64,000 nt of DNA, taken from NCBI GenBank assembly GCA_964016885.1, contig OZ024742.1:192386001-192450000 (forward strand), given 5' to 3'. This stretch comes from Eledone cirrhosa. Lineage: Eukaryota. The notes below the pieces were generated by a model, which was not told the origin of the DNA, made no database searches, and saw nothing but the letters and a program-made list of their open reading frames with translations. Within the stretch, counting starts at the first letter, position 1. Every line of letters begins with the position of its first letter. Made by a program: the position numbers and the translations under genes. Positions 31,839-45,348 of this stretch are shown piece after piece.

Positions 31839-32057
31839 TTTACATATGTCTCTGGGAGGACTGAGCATTCTATATATATATTAATTTATTTAGGTTTGTT
31901 GGTTCACCACTGGATAGAACTGCTTATTCCGTGTAAACCTCGATGTAATATTATGGAGAGCACTCGATGTAATGCAACTCACCCGTCTTCGTTAGTGTAG
32001 TTAATTATTATAAAATAACAGGAGGTTGGACTGGTGTAAATCCTTGAAAGGTTTATT

Positions 32058-32115
32058 ATACTATGATCATTTCAATGACCGGGTTCAGTATGAATCCGGT
32101 GACATCATCAGGTAT
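32058..32115 (-). ncRNA. type I hammerhead ribozyme
   Basis: atac-CTGATGA-long stem II (accgg.ttca tac tgaa.ccggt)-GAAA-tgatc-ATA^gtat; palindromic stem III ATGATCAT. Confidence 0.75.
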
Positions 32116-32146
32116 TCAAAATATAACAAAGGAATATAACAGAGGA

Positions 32147-32200
<54 letters not shown>

Positions 32201-32208
<8 letters not shown>

Positions 32209-32918
32209 GATCGAGTATCGAAAAATCGGCGCACGAGTTCACGATAAACGAGATTCGACATGAACGGCAGAGGGCTCAATAATTCAGATGAATCAGAGCT
32301 ATAACTATCGTTAAAATACCGTCACATATAGAACAAGTCTACAATCAACCATACGATTTAAAATCGATAGAGGAAGATTCGGGACAAACAGATAAAAAAT
32401 ATCAATAAAACAATACGTCAATAATTTAAATGAATGTAAAATCATACCCGGACCCACTAGACAGGTGTTAAATCTAGCTTCATGGGTTTCTGTAAATCCT
32501 TAGACTGTACTCTATCAGCTCACATATAAATATAAAAGCCTACTAGAGTAAGCGGAACGGAGTTTTACTTTCTCAACGAGTTTTTTCCTGGCGGCAGAGG
32601 AGCCAACTACCAGTGAAAAACGCACATGGCATTAGACAAGGGAGATGACCCCTATATCCGCGAAAACAATTCGAGTGAATGTGGAAATACACATATCGAA
32701 TTAGAGTGCTCAATAGACATGTTAAAATAAAACAAAAGCTATTCATCACTCAATAGAATCGACAAAAAATGAGCAATAAAATTAACTGGTGGATAGCTAT
32801 GTCCAGAGCTAAATATATTAGAAAGATCGAGTATCGAAAAATCGGCGCACGAGTTCACGATAAACGAGATTCGACATGAACGGCAGAGGGCTCAATAATT
32901 CAGATGAATCAGAGCTAT
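32201..32918. mobile_element. element with ~102 bp identical terminal direct repeats in (TA)n (pLTR-like partial tandem)
   Basis: 32201-32302 matches 32817-32918. Confidence 0.75.
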
Positions 32919-32940
32919 ATATATATATATATATATATAT

Positions 32941-33119
32941 ACGTTATTCCGGGTTGAATCGGAGGTAACCACAGTAAGTAAGGTACTCAATACATAGCAG
33001 AGTATAAAAGTTTTAATATAGATGAGATTCTACAGGACTAGAACTGTTTCATTCATTAGAAATTATCAGGAATCTGATGATTTCTAATGAATGAAACAGT
33101 TCTAGTCCTGTAGAATCTC

Positions 33120-33122
<3 letters not shown>
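32941..33122 (-). mobile_element. family B fold-back HHR mini-element
   Basis: Reverse-oriented tail and an inverted repeat centred near 33070; inside (TA)n. Confidence 0.82.
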
Positions 33123-33161
<39 letters not shown>

Positions 33162-34106
33162 TTTACAAATGTCTCTGGGAGATTCATTGTGACGCAGAAT
33201 ATCTCAAATTTGTAGTTGCTGTTTACATGATTAAATGCGCTCCAAATATGACCACACCATTTCGTCTTTTTGCATTTGTATATTTATGTTTCAATGAGGT
33301 TATGGTTTCGTTTGTTTTTATGGGCCGGTGGTTAAAGGGAGATTTGGTTGCTATTTCTAACAATGTTGTTTATAATGTTATTGAGGTTGATAGTCTCTTT
33401 TCATAACTTCATTCTCACAATCTCTCTCTCCCTTTCCCTTCTCTCTCTCTCTTTCTCTCTCCCTCTCTCTTTCCCTCTCTCTCTCCCTCTCTTTGTCTCT
33501 TGGATTCTCTCTCTCTATTTGGTATAATATTCGTCAGTTCCTATGACCCGTTTGTGTGAAAATATGTGTGAGTCACATGTATTTAGATATTTAGAAGAAA
33601 TATTTGTCGCTTTAAGAGTGACATGACATGTGGTTTCGAATCGTACCGGACACAGCCCCCATCTCCCACCCTACGCCCTAAAATCCTCATCATCAACAAC
33701 AACAACAACAACAACATGACTAATTTGTAGAATGCTATCTCATGACTTTTGGAAAATATACTTTGTCATTGCTAATGTTATTTTTTAGAGATTCACGATG
33801 TTGGTATTGTTTTCGTTGTTTTCGTTGTTGCTGTTAATGTTGTTGATGTTGTAGATGATGGTGATGTAGGTGGTGATGATGTTTTTGATATTGATAACGT
33901 GCTGTTAATTGTGTATTTGTTGGTCGTGACTTAGTTCTTGTTGATGATGATGATTTTGTTGATGTTGTTGTTGATGTTACTTCTGTTGTTGTTGATGATG
34001 CTATTGTTTCTGTTTTTGATGTTTTTGTTGCTGTTGTTGTTGTTGTTGTTGCTACTGTTGCTGTTGCTGTTATTTTTTATTTATATTGATGATGATTATT
34101 ATTATA

Positions 34107-34245
34107 ACGGCCCTTGCCATTCTGAGTTCAAATCCCGCCGAGGTTAACTTTGCCTTTCATCCTTACGGGGGTCGATAAAATAAAGTTCCAATAATGTACT
34201 GGGTAATTGCTGGCCTTGTGCCAAAAGTAGAAACAATTATTATTA
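34107..34245 (+). mobile_element. SINE family 1, 5'-truncated
   Basis: Same consensus. Confidence 0.85.
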
Positions 34246-34714
34246 TATTGTTGTTGTTACGGTTGTTGTTGACGTTACTATTGATACGGATATATAGCAA
34301 TCATCATGACAAAAATATTTGTCTCACTGCTGCGGTCTGATACGATAGATGACATCTTTCGGAAGTGCGAGACACTTTCTGTCAACTTTGCAAAAGATAT
34401 GGGATCTGTCCCGTATAGTATAATGTTTGGGGTTTTTGGGTTTTTTTTTTTACTGGGATCTGCCTCATTCAACCCTCATTTGAACCCACCACAATCAACC
34501 TTGACTAATCCCCACCACTACAACCACCACCACCACCACCACCGCCACGTCTACAAACTTTGTTTCTATGTCCCATCAACAGAGCCCCCACCCATTTTCA
34601 TGGAAACAATAATGGGAAAATGTGTTATGCATGATCGTATGCATGTATGTATGTATTTATGTGTGTATATATGTGCATCTATATGTCTGTATACATGTTT
34701 AAGATTGATATATA

Positions 34715-34756
<42 letters not shown>

Positions 34757-34758
34757 TA

Positions 34759-34958
34759 TTATTGTATAGAAGGAGCTTCTACAGGACTAGTACTGTTTCA
34801 TTCAGATGAAATCTTCAAGAGCTTCCTGAAGATTTCATCTGAATGAAACAGTACTAGTCCTGTAGAAGCTCCTTCTATACAATAAATTTTTTTTTACTCT
34901 GCCATGTATTGAGTACCTTACTTACTGTGGTTATCCCCAACTCAACCCGGGACCTACG
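34759..34958 (+). mobile_element. family B fold-back HHR mini-element
   Basis: Arms ~34759-34817/34827-34885 plus tail; inside (TA)n. Confidence 0.85.
34819..34871 (+). ncRNA. type I hammerhead ribozyme (family B)
   Basis: gagcttc-CTGAAGA-t ttc atct gaa t-GAAA-cag tactagtc ct-GTA^gaagctc; 7 bp stem I. Confidence 0.85.
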
Positions 34959-35336
34959 TATATATATATATATATATAAATACACACATACACACACATA
35001 TATATATATATATAAAGAAAGAAAGAGAGAGAGACAGTACAGAGGGTACAGTCCCAAATGGGAGACAAGCCGTTTCAGCTTGGGCACCACAGGATTTTCA
35101 AGGGAATTGATGATGATGGTTTGGGAACTTAAGTTGAAACGACGGTGCTCCTCTTTGAAGTAGTACCTCTTTACTATATCTAATCAGCATCAAGTACTGC
35201 TCTGATATTAGCTCTTCCTGCTCCTTAGAATGTAGAAGCTTGATATCCTCATATATATATATATATATATATGGGGGGGGGGGCGTGTCTGTGTATACAT
35301 ACACACGCTCGCGCACGCACACAAACACACACACAA

Positions 35337-35378
<42 letters not shown>

Positions 35379-35614
35379 AGAGAGAGAAATAGACAATTAT
35401 TATTATAAATAGATCCCAACACAGTTACGCCCTACCTGAGGTTTCAAAGCGGACACTTGCATAGGTATTAAAGACCTATCTATACCAGTGCAGTCTCTGA
35501 AAACTTAGATAGCATGCAACTGTGATGGGATTTATTTATATTATACTTTAGTTCAGTACCTCACATGGATCGCTCTTTTACTTTTATCTAGTCTACGGAA
35601 ATTTTTGACACTAC

Positions 35615-35765
35615 ATATATTCCTGATGATTTCATAAGAATGAAACAGCTGTAGACTGTAGAATTCATTTCTATATGAAATAAAAAATGACTATACTCTA
35701 CCAATGTATAGAGTACTTTTTTAACTGTGGTGAACCCACTCCCCAAAACAACTCGAGAGTCTACA
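35615..35765 (+). mobile_element. family B element without inverted arm
   Basis: HHR followed by a diverged family B tail that ends at a TA repeat. Confidence 0.7.
35619..35664 (+). ncRNA. type I hammerhead ribozyme (family B)
   Basis: attc-CTGATGA-t ttc ataa gaa t-GAAA-cag ctgtaga ct-GTA^gaat. Confidence 0.78.
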
Positions 35766-36282
35766 TATTATAAATATATATATATGTATGTATGTATGTA
35801 TTATTTATGTGTATGTATGTGTGTGTGTGAGAGGGGGGGGGGTCAGTAATGAAAATAAACAAAATACGAAGATAGGTTCTGAATTAATTCATTGTTTTAC
35901 GATCGTTTCAGAGGGTTGGTTGATTATGATAAATTGATACATTGACTAACTGATAGTGTTCATGCCATCACATATTACTAGTCGCGATATCCTAGATCCA
36001 TCAGTTTCCCTCAGTCACGCCCATTGTTTCGCTGGAGCTTTCCACATCTTTCCGTCTCTAATGGTAATTGACCCAATTTTCACGCGTATTATTTATAATG
36101 AGCGACTGTTATGACAGTTATTTTATGCGCTTGGGACTCTCATAGTTTCAAATTTACATATAGATATTTATATGTATTCATGTCTATGAATTTCCACTCT
36201 TTACCTGTGTTTAAACCGCATTATTATTTGATAGTCTTCCCCTGAAATGTTAAATGTTCGCTTGATGTAATTTTGCAGCATT

Positions 36283-36672
36283 GGTGGTGGATTGGCAGTA
36301 TCGGTAGAGGGTCGGACGCCACGCTTTGACGCATAGAGTTACGGCCCTTGTCATTCTGAGTTAAAATCCCGCCGAGGTTAACTTTGCCTTTCATCCTTAT
36401 GGGGTCGACAAAATAAACTACCAGTAATGTCCTGGGTAATTGCTGGCCTTGTGCCAAAAGTAGAAACAATTATTATTTCTCTTTAACGGTGGATCGGCAG
36501 TATTGGTAGAGGGTCGGACGCCATACTTTGCAGCATAGAGTTACGGCCCTTTATCATCTGAGTTCAAATCCCGCCGAGGTTAACTTTGACTTTCATCCTT
36601 ACGAGTTCGATAAAGCACCAGTAATACACTGGGGTAATTGTTGGCCTTGTGCCAAAAGTAGAAACAATTATA
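36283..36672 (+). mobile_element. two tandem SINE family 1 copies just upstream of an exon acceptor
   Basis: Copies at ~36283-36477 and ~36488-36672. Confidence 0.88.
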
Positions 36673-36711
36673 ATTTCTCTCTAACCATAACTTTTCATTT
36701 TTGTTTTTCAG

Positions 36712-36770
36712 AAAACACAATGGGCTTGGGACGAGACTCGTTTGATGGTGATGCATCACCCAATTTACAG
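36712..36770 (+). CDS. NOS1AP: NOS1AP/CAPON-like exon (KTQWAWDETRLMVMHHPIYR)
   Basis: ctaac branch-like site, polypyrimidine tract and tttcag acceptor; AG|gtaac donor; phase 0/2. Resembles CAPON [20 protein letters not shown]. Confidence 0.92.
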
Positions 36771-37175
36771 GTAACTTCATCTTATATAACAAATTAAAAC
36801 ATATACGTATGTGTAGCATGGCTAGGGGTTTAACTCGTTCGCCTCACAACCACGGGGCTTTGTGTTTTACTCCCACGGCGTGATACCATGTACCAGTACT
36901 TTGTCATGAGATTTGATTGACAATTGTAAATCGATTAAAAATGTTCTAGACTTATATATATCATAATAGAGGCCGAAGTTATTAAAATTGGCGCACTTGA
37001 TGTTTTGTTGCAACATCTGTTGGTTGGTGTCTGAGATAAACAAAACAGAAACACGGTTAATGCTGTAAATCCAGTGGGTGACATAACAGAGAAATAGAGC
37101 AACAGTGAAGACTAGAGTCCAAGGAATTAATAAGCAGTACAGAGACTGGAAGAAGAAAAAAGTATGTCGGTGTGA

Positions 37176-37215
<40 letters not shown>

Positions 37216-37877
37216 GTTATAGATAGATAAAGAGAGCGTGATACATACATATACATATATATATATATATATATGAGAGGGAGAGAGAGAGAGACGTGGG
37301 AGAGAGATAGAGAGAATATAAATTAAGTCAGCCAGTTCATATAAACAGACGGGCGTTTGTTAGTGCACAGAATACGCCGCCGCAAGTAGGGAGAAGAGAC
37401 AGCTCACCAAGATGAGACAACGTGCTTATGAAACAGTTGGTAGTTGTGACGTTGTTGTTGTTGCTTATTGGATCATTACCAATGAATCAAATAGCCTTTT
37501 TTGGATTCTCTCTAAGATGTTACTGCGTGTGTAGCTGTATAGCACCGTCCATAGATGCTGTGGGTTTTCAATAGAGTTGTATATATCTACATAGCTAGAC
37601 ATTCCTGTCCACCTACATGAATAAACACACATTCTTCTACTTATATCCATCAGCATGACAACGAAAAAGAAAAAGAAAAAAAATACCACCCAGACAGTGG
37701 TATATAATTATGTTTGAAACATAACTAATGTCTGCTGTAGAATGAATCTTCGGGGGATACAATACACCTCAAATTATGTTAAACATAAATGTTGTCGGAG
37801 AAACTGTGGTTTTTTAACTACCAGTTGTTATCGTGCTTCACTTAAATCCCCCCCCCCCCCCCCACACACACACAGCC

Positions 37878-38007
37878 ATATAAAAATTTACACATAAATA
37901 TCATTTTTGGATAAATGAAGCTTTATAAATTATAGTTCTTAGCCTATATAGTATTTGAGCTATTTAAGGTGTAATATAACTGAAATAGTTTTATATTAGT
38001 CTATTCT

Positions 38008-38085
<78 letters not shown>

Positions 38086-38149
38086 ATATATATATAAATA
38101 CATACATAATCGACTCGTGTTGCTTTGGGACATCGATGACGACGATACA

Positions 38150-38204
<55 letters not shown>

Positions 38205-39042
38205 ATAAGAATAGACTAATATAAAACTATTTCAGTTATATTACACCTTAAATAGCTCAAATACTATATAGGCTAAGAACTATAATTTATAAAGCTTCAT
38301 TTATCCAAAAATGATATTTATGTGTAAATTTTTATATATATATTACACGTAAGCATTTGCAAGCAAAAACAAATACATTTTAAAAATATATATATTTTCA
38401 CCTACAAATTAATGCTTATACCACGGATTCCTTTTGGCAAAGAAGTGGATATTAATTAAAATAATTTATCAATAAATTAAGACGCCGTACACTCTTCAGT
38501 AAGAAATATCTTAAAACACACCTTACGGCATTCACAAAAAAAAATTCAATTGAAATACCTTGTGTTGTTAAATGTGGAGACAGCAAAGCCATCTCATAGC
38601 AAAAGGACGCGCCGATATTGTAACTAATATTCCACGTGCTTTTAGCTTTAATATAGTAAGTCTGACGCCAAAAGCTAGAGGTTAAGAGGCAAGCTAGAAA
38701 TAGATCCACAAAACCACTAAATAAACAAGTCTACCTTGAATAATTAAACTTAATTAAAGTGGGTAGCAGTAACATGGGAGACTAAAACAAAACTATTTCA
38801 GTTATATTACACCTCAAATAGCTCAAATACTACATAGGCTAAACACCATAATTTGTAGAGCTTCATTTATCCAACATGATATTTATGTGTAAAAATTTAC
38901 AGTATATAAAAGTAAGTTTTGCAAGCAAAAGATACATTTAAAAATAAAAGTATGATTTCACATATACAAATTCGTGCTTATACCACGGTTTTGTTTTGAC
39001 AAAGATATAGACATTAACACAATTAATTAAGAAATTAAGACG
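37878..39042. repeat. inverted repeat plus diverged direct repeat
   Basis: 37878-38012 is the reverse complement of ~38203-38337; ~38224-38480 resembles ~38789-39042. Confidence 0.8.
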
Positions 39043-39044
39043 TC

Positions 39045-39097
<53 letters not shown>

Positions 39098-39103
39098 CAT
39101 ACG

Positions 39104-39138
<35 letters not shown>

Positions 39139-39147
39139 TAGGAATGT

Positions 39148-39295
39148 ACTGATGATTTCATTCAAAAGAAACCGTTCTAGTGCTGAGGAAGTCATTTCTA
39201 CAAATATATAATAAAGATGCCTATACTCTACCAACGTATTGAGTACTTTTTTTTACTGTGATTACCCCTCGATACAACTCGGGAATGTACATATA
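39148..39295 (+). mobile_element. degenerate family B element
   Basis: ctgatgatttc...gaaac followed by the family B tail. Confidence 0.65.
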
Positions 39296-41942
39296 TTATG
39301 TGTGTGCGCATAAATGTCTGTATGAGAGGGTGTATGTGTGTGCGATATACATTGTTCTGGTAAGTTATCCTCCGTACGCAGTTATTTAATAATTTGTCTA
39401 TGCCTCGTAAGCTTTAATACACTTGTCTCATCCTTTCCTTCATATCCTTAGTTTTTCTCTCTTCCTCTTGCAACTGACCGCTGTCCAGTGAAACTGTCCA
39501 TCAGGTTTCACCAGCAGCCACCAGGTTCATTTTAAGAGATAACCCCCTATCTGATTGAGAGAGGTCACGAACCCTTGATTTTATTTCTTAAGGACATTCG
39601 TGCAGCGTCACAGAGATTTTCTGACGAGGTCAATGGCTGTTTAAGGCGGTGGCTGGTGATGGATAGTGGGGACACAGTAATAGGGTGAATGGATGGCTGT
39701 GGTGTATGTGTATAAAAACATTGCATAAATGAATGAGTAAGTAAAATAATAAGAGAGTGGATGTGTGAGGAAATGTGTGTGAGAGTGAGTTGTACTCATG
39801 GTGTTTTGTCTTCTTATCTGAATGAACATAATTAGGTGACATTAGGCTGGTAGTTTGTTATGGGTGTGTCGCTTTTCTTTGTCTTTATCTACTATTATCC
39901 TGCATATATCAACAGCACAAGGCCGTACCAATGATTTGAGGGCCAGGAGTTTCATGATTAATGCGTTCACCCTTTTGATAGAAAACCGCCCAAAGTCTCC
40001 CCTAGTTAAACAATGTAAGACTGTTTGTTCTAAAGTGTTCATATTTGTCTAAAAACGTTCCGTTATAATTTCTTCTAAGTGCATTTAAGTTATTCTCCAA
40101 ACTACAGCTTAATAATGAGAAAGTCCCACCAAATTCAAAATTAGTTGACAATTTTAGACATTGACTTTCGTTAGAAATATGGTAGCGAAAGGGTTTGCGC
40201 GAAACTTCTGGAACTTCAGTCGCTGGTATAGATTCGCAGCTATAATAAATTATATGCATCACTCTATCTATGTATTGATTTATTTTTCTCCCCTTTGCAC
40301 ATCTAAAGAATTCTCTATGAAAAAGATAATAATGAAAGTGGGTGGTTATAGGGTTGGCTTCGTTAGTTTGCTGACGGAAAAGATTGCTAGACGGCTGGTG
40401 TACTAGCGAGCTCGTTTGCTGACGGACTGGTTTGCTGGCGGGCTAGTTTGCTGACGGGCTGAATAGATGGTTGCTGAACAGATAAAAATGATGACATGAT
40501 GGGGTCCTCCTATTTCATTGTTGAAATGGCCTTTGTCAGCTTAAGATTACGTGAAAAATTGCAAATCTTAGTGGTTTTTCCTGTCTGGTACGTCACCTTT
40601 TTACGTAGTGGTCATCAGTCCTGCGATAGAATTATACAATAGAAGTGAAGGTGGCTCTGGTGGTAGTGGTGATGGTGGGAGTGCCGATCATGAGAATGGT
40701 GATGTATTGGTAGCGGCTGCAGTCGGGGTGGCAGTAGTGGTGGTAGTGGTCATCCTCGTGTTGGTGTTTGTGATATTTGTAGTGATAGTAGTGATAGTGT
40801 GGTGGTGGCTGTTGGGAGGAGAGGTATAGTGCTGGTATTGGCGGTGCTAACTGTGGTATTGGTGGTTTTATTAGTGGTGGATTTAGAATAATATAGACCT
40901 AGTGTGCGTGTATGTGTGTGGATATATATATACATATATATACATATATAAGTTAAAACAATGAAATAAAAAATCAAGTTATTAGAGATATACTTCACTG
41001 CTTTACGATCGTTTCTAGGTGATGATAATACATTGTAGCTATACTCAGTTATTGATCTATGTAAGGTTATTTACAAACTATCGGATAAAGAGAATATTTA
41101 CTTACATGCATATCACCAACTGTTTTCAAAAGCAATAATAATTTTATTCAATAATAATTTTATTCAGAATTAGTAGTATGTTAGTATCATGTCCTTATTT
41201 GGAGGTTGTTGAAGAACTAACGAATCAAATTGTTTTTTTTTTCATATGGTGTTAAGATGAAAAGTAATACACTTTAGATGAGGTCATGACCCTTTGAAAG
41301 GAATGGTTGAAGGGTGTTAATAGTAGAATTGGCATAAAAATCTATTAGGAGGAAAGGAATTGTCAAACTGATAGTTGAATGTATCTGGTATAGTGAAGTT
41401 TAAAAGGAATGTCAAAATAAATGGTGATTAGTGTTGTATTGAGTTTTAAGGTGAATATAAATTAAGGTTATGGCTAGGAAAGATAATATATTAAAAGATG
41501 AATATTATAATAAGATAATGAAATAAAGTAATGCGGTAATATACAACTTAACCAACACAATATAAAACGGTGTGGTAAATTGCACTTAGTATAATATAGC
41601 ATATGATACGCTCTAAAATACTATCAAGTATGTTTATGCATAAATAATCAAACTCAGATAAATACATGTTGGCATAAATTTCATAGATTACAAAGTGAAT
41701 ATATTCACACTATATATAGAGAGAGGTACAGTTAAATTGATATCCAATCAAAAATATATACATACGCACAAATAGATGCAAACCTAAATACACATTTACA
41801 CGCATGCATATAATCATATACATACATATCCATACATATCTATATCCACACATACTCATCTATACCCACATATATACATGTATATATAGACCCACATTCA
41901 TACATACATACATATATATATACATACATATACCCACACACA

Positions 41943-41976
<34 letters not shown>

Positions 41977-42359
41977 CATATATATACACACACACACATA
42001 CACATATATATATACATGTGTGAGTATATGTACACTCCTCATACATGTGCACATACTCATATATATAAATACTCATACACATATACTCACATATATACAC
42101 AGACACATAAATATATTTCCATATCGTACATCGATATATATTTACTCATGCAATTACGGGTGGTTGTGTATCTTGTTGCCTTTAGTCATTAACGCATAAA
42201 CCTAAGGAAGCTAAAACATTAAAAGGCAAAAAATAAGCATGAATGCATATAATTTGGGGGAAAGAGGTACTAATAAATGTTACTCCATATGGAATTATAG
42301 TGAGTTGCTATTTTAGAATATTTCATTAGGTTTATAGTATTTAATTAGGTTTATAGTAT

Positions 42360-43995
42360 TTAAATGTTGTTCGTATACGGTGATTACAAACTATGATCAA
42401 TTCCTGTCTTTTATTTAATAAATCGTCCTTAGATTTAGTACTTTCCAAGATCTCCCCTGAACATAATCTGCATTCTCTCCTGTTCCCAAGATATGGAGTT
42501 CTTTGTAGAATAGTGTTCCACGATAACTTGAAATCTATTTTTTCTTTTTATAATTACTTCAGCTAAAGATGTGGTGTTAGCTAGTTTAGTATTGTTGAAA
42601 CTACTAGAGTGTGCGTAAAATATTTTCTTAAATGTGTTTGATGTAGATCCTATATATGTTTTGTTGGAGTCTGTAGTAGACACAGTGCATTTATATATTA
42701 CTTTATTAATCAAACAGTTTCCCTTTATGGGGCAAATGGTTCTATTTCTGCAATTACAGCCATACGTAAGATGGTTGTTGGGGGTGCCTATACTATTCTC
42801 TTTAATCCTTGAGCTATTCCTATTGTAATTAATGATAGCAGGAGAATGGAGGTTGCTTTGTGGGTGGTTTGGTGCTAGAGTTGTATTGTAATTTTGTGTT
42901 CTGTTGTTTTTGTGCTGGTGATTTGGGTGGTTGTGTTTTCTAGGTTGAAGGATTGTATTATTTGCCTTTTTAAAAAGTGCAGTCCTATTTAAATTATGTT
43001 GCGGTGGTGTAGTCATATTTTAAAGTTTATAAATGTTGTAGTTGCTTAATTTTTTGTTTGAGATTGCTTGATGTAGAGTATGCGAATTTAACAGTATATT
43101 TTTTTAATATTTGGTGGTATCTGTGGTTTTGTGGAAAATGTTTATGTAGAATTTCAAAGAATTTTGGGGGGATTTGTCCAATAGTTTGCAGGTTGAAGGG
43201 TGCGTTGTACCATGTTATGTTTCTTTTGCGGTTTTAGTTAAGTTTTTATTATCACTGATATTATTGTGTTGTGTTCTAGAAGAATTGCTATGGTTAGTGT
43301 CCTTATTTGTGGAATTTGGTAAATTATCGTGGTTGTATTTGGTGTTATTTTTGGGTAGATTATGAGATTTTGAGTGCTTGGTATTCATATGTGGGTTGAT
43401 AACATTGGTTATAGATCGTGTAGTAATAGTTGTTGTGGTTTTTCGGTTGTTTGGTGTAATAGGAATAACCACTTTAGGTATTTGTTTCAATGGTATTTTT
43501 TGGTGTTTGTAGTTTTTGTTAGGTTTTATGTTTTGGTCCATAGTAGTGTTGGGGATATATGAGATTTTTTTCTTTATATCCACTTCTAGTTAAGGCCTCG
43601 TTGTAGAAGGGTACATTATTATAAAATATATCTTCATTGGAAGATAATTTAGAAAGTCTAAGAGATATGTTATATACTAAGTTCTTGAAAATAGAGCCAG
43701 GGTGGTTAGATCGTGAATGTACATAATGTAGATTCTGGTTAGGTTTGTGGTAAGGTTGATAAGTATTCGTAGAGAGGTCTAAGGTAACGTCAAGGAAATT
43801 AGCTACTTTTGAAGTGTTTTCAAAAGTGATGCTAAGGCTGTCATAGTCCTTGAGGAATTTTCTAATTTGTTTTTTGTTCTTCTCTATATTGGAATTGCTA
43901 AGATTGTTAGATAACAATAGACAATCATCCCGATAAAGACCATCTTTGAGGTGGGGGAAAAGAGTCATGAATGTTATACAGGAGAAATAATCCAA
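42360..43995 (-). pseudogene. frameshifted PLE RT + GIY-YIG ORF
   Basis: GLYRDD, NFLDVTLDL, YQPYHKPN..YVHSRSNHP, RNITWYNAPF, CNCRNRTICPIKGNC..VIYKC..TYIGST occur across several frames with stops. Confidence 0.88.
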
Positions 43996-44579
43996 CGAGG
44001 TCTGTAACTTGTGTGAATATATGCACTTTGTAATCTATGAAATGTATGTGTTTTAACTATGCCAACATGTATTTATCTGAGTTTGATTATTTATGCATAA
44101 ACATACTTGATAGTATTTTAGAGCGTATCATATGCTATATTATACTAAGTGCAATTTACCACACCGTATTATATTGTGTTGGTTAAGTTGTATATTATCG
44201 CATTACTGTATTTCATTATCTTATTATAATTTTCATCTTTTAATATATTATATTTCCTAGCCATAACCTTAAAACTCAATACAACACTAATCACCATTTA
44301 TTTTGACATTCCTTTTAAATTCACTATACCAGATACATTCAACTATCAGTTTGACAATCCCTTTCCTCCTAATAGATTTTTATGCCAATTCTACTATTAA
44401 CACCCTTCAACCATTCCTTTCAAAGGGTCATGACCTCAACTAAAGTGTATTACTTTTCATCTTAACATCATATAAAAAAAACAATTTGATTCGTTAGTTC
44501 TTCAACAACCTCCAAATAAGGACATGATACTAACATACTACTAATTCTGAATAAAATTATTATTGAATAAAATTATTAT

Positions 44580-44715
44580 TGCTTTTGAAAACAGCTGGTG
44601 ATATGCATGTAAGTAAATATTCTCTTTATCTGATAGTTTGTAACTAACCTTACATAGATCAATAACTGAGTATAGCTACAATGTATTATCATCACCTAGA
44701 AACGATCGTAAAGCA
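44580..44715 (+). ncRNA. hammerhead-like fold, U3-A8 core, very long domain II (PLE pLTR)
   Basis: tgctt-TTGAAAA-(~107 nt with ggtgat/atcacc near its base)-GAAA-cgatc-GTA^aagca; mirrored at ~40999-41134 on the minus strand. Confidence 0.55.
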
Positions 44716-44893
44716 GTGAAGTATATCTCTAATGACTTGATTTTTTATGTCATTGTTTTAACTTATATCATGACTCTGTTTTCCTTTTAATGTTTTATTG
44801 TTTCCGAGATTTATCTTAACCTACAACATTTTCAACATATGGATTACATCGAGTTCTTCATGCAGACTAGACCTCACAACTTACTGTGGATAC

Positions 44894-44928
<35 letters not shown>

Positions 44929-45006
44929 ACCACCTCACCCCACTCTCAAGCGTGAACCTAATACCTAACACCTTTCGTAACTGTACTTCTTGTTGTTATT
45001 TACTTT

Positions 45007-45116
<110 letters not shown>

Positions 45117-45261
45117 GGTGAAGCTGGGAAAAGCACGAAAAATATATTTTAGGGTGTGTCTTTCTTTTTTTTTGCCTTTCTTTGATTCGTCAGCGTGACA
45201 TTATTGAAAAAATGAGACGGACAATTCTTTTAAAAAAGAGTTTTGTAATGTATATAAAGTA

Positions 45262-45348
<87 letters not shown>

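Larger units (their letters stand above)
40947..44896 (-). mobile_element. 5'-truncated Penelope-like element (Naiad-type) with ~760 bp inverted repeats
   Basis: 40947-41710 is approximately the reverse complement of 44011-44766. Internal minus-strand RT and GIY-YIG remnants; flanked by TA-rich repeats. Confidence 0.9.

Noticed and set aside
39621-39645. ctgacga followed by a small hairpin
   Set aside because: No GAAA or stem III follows.
39842-40262. Short minus-strand ORFs as a possible transposon N terminus
   Set aside because: No recognisable motif; cannot be supported without a database search.
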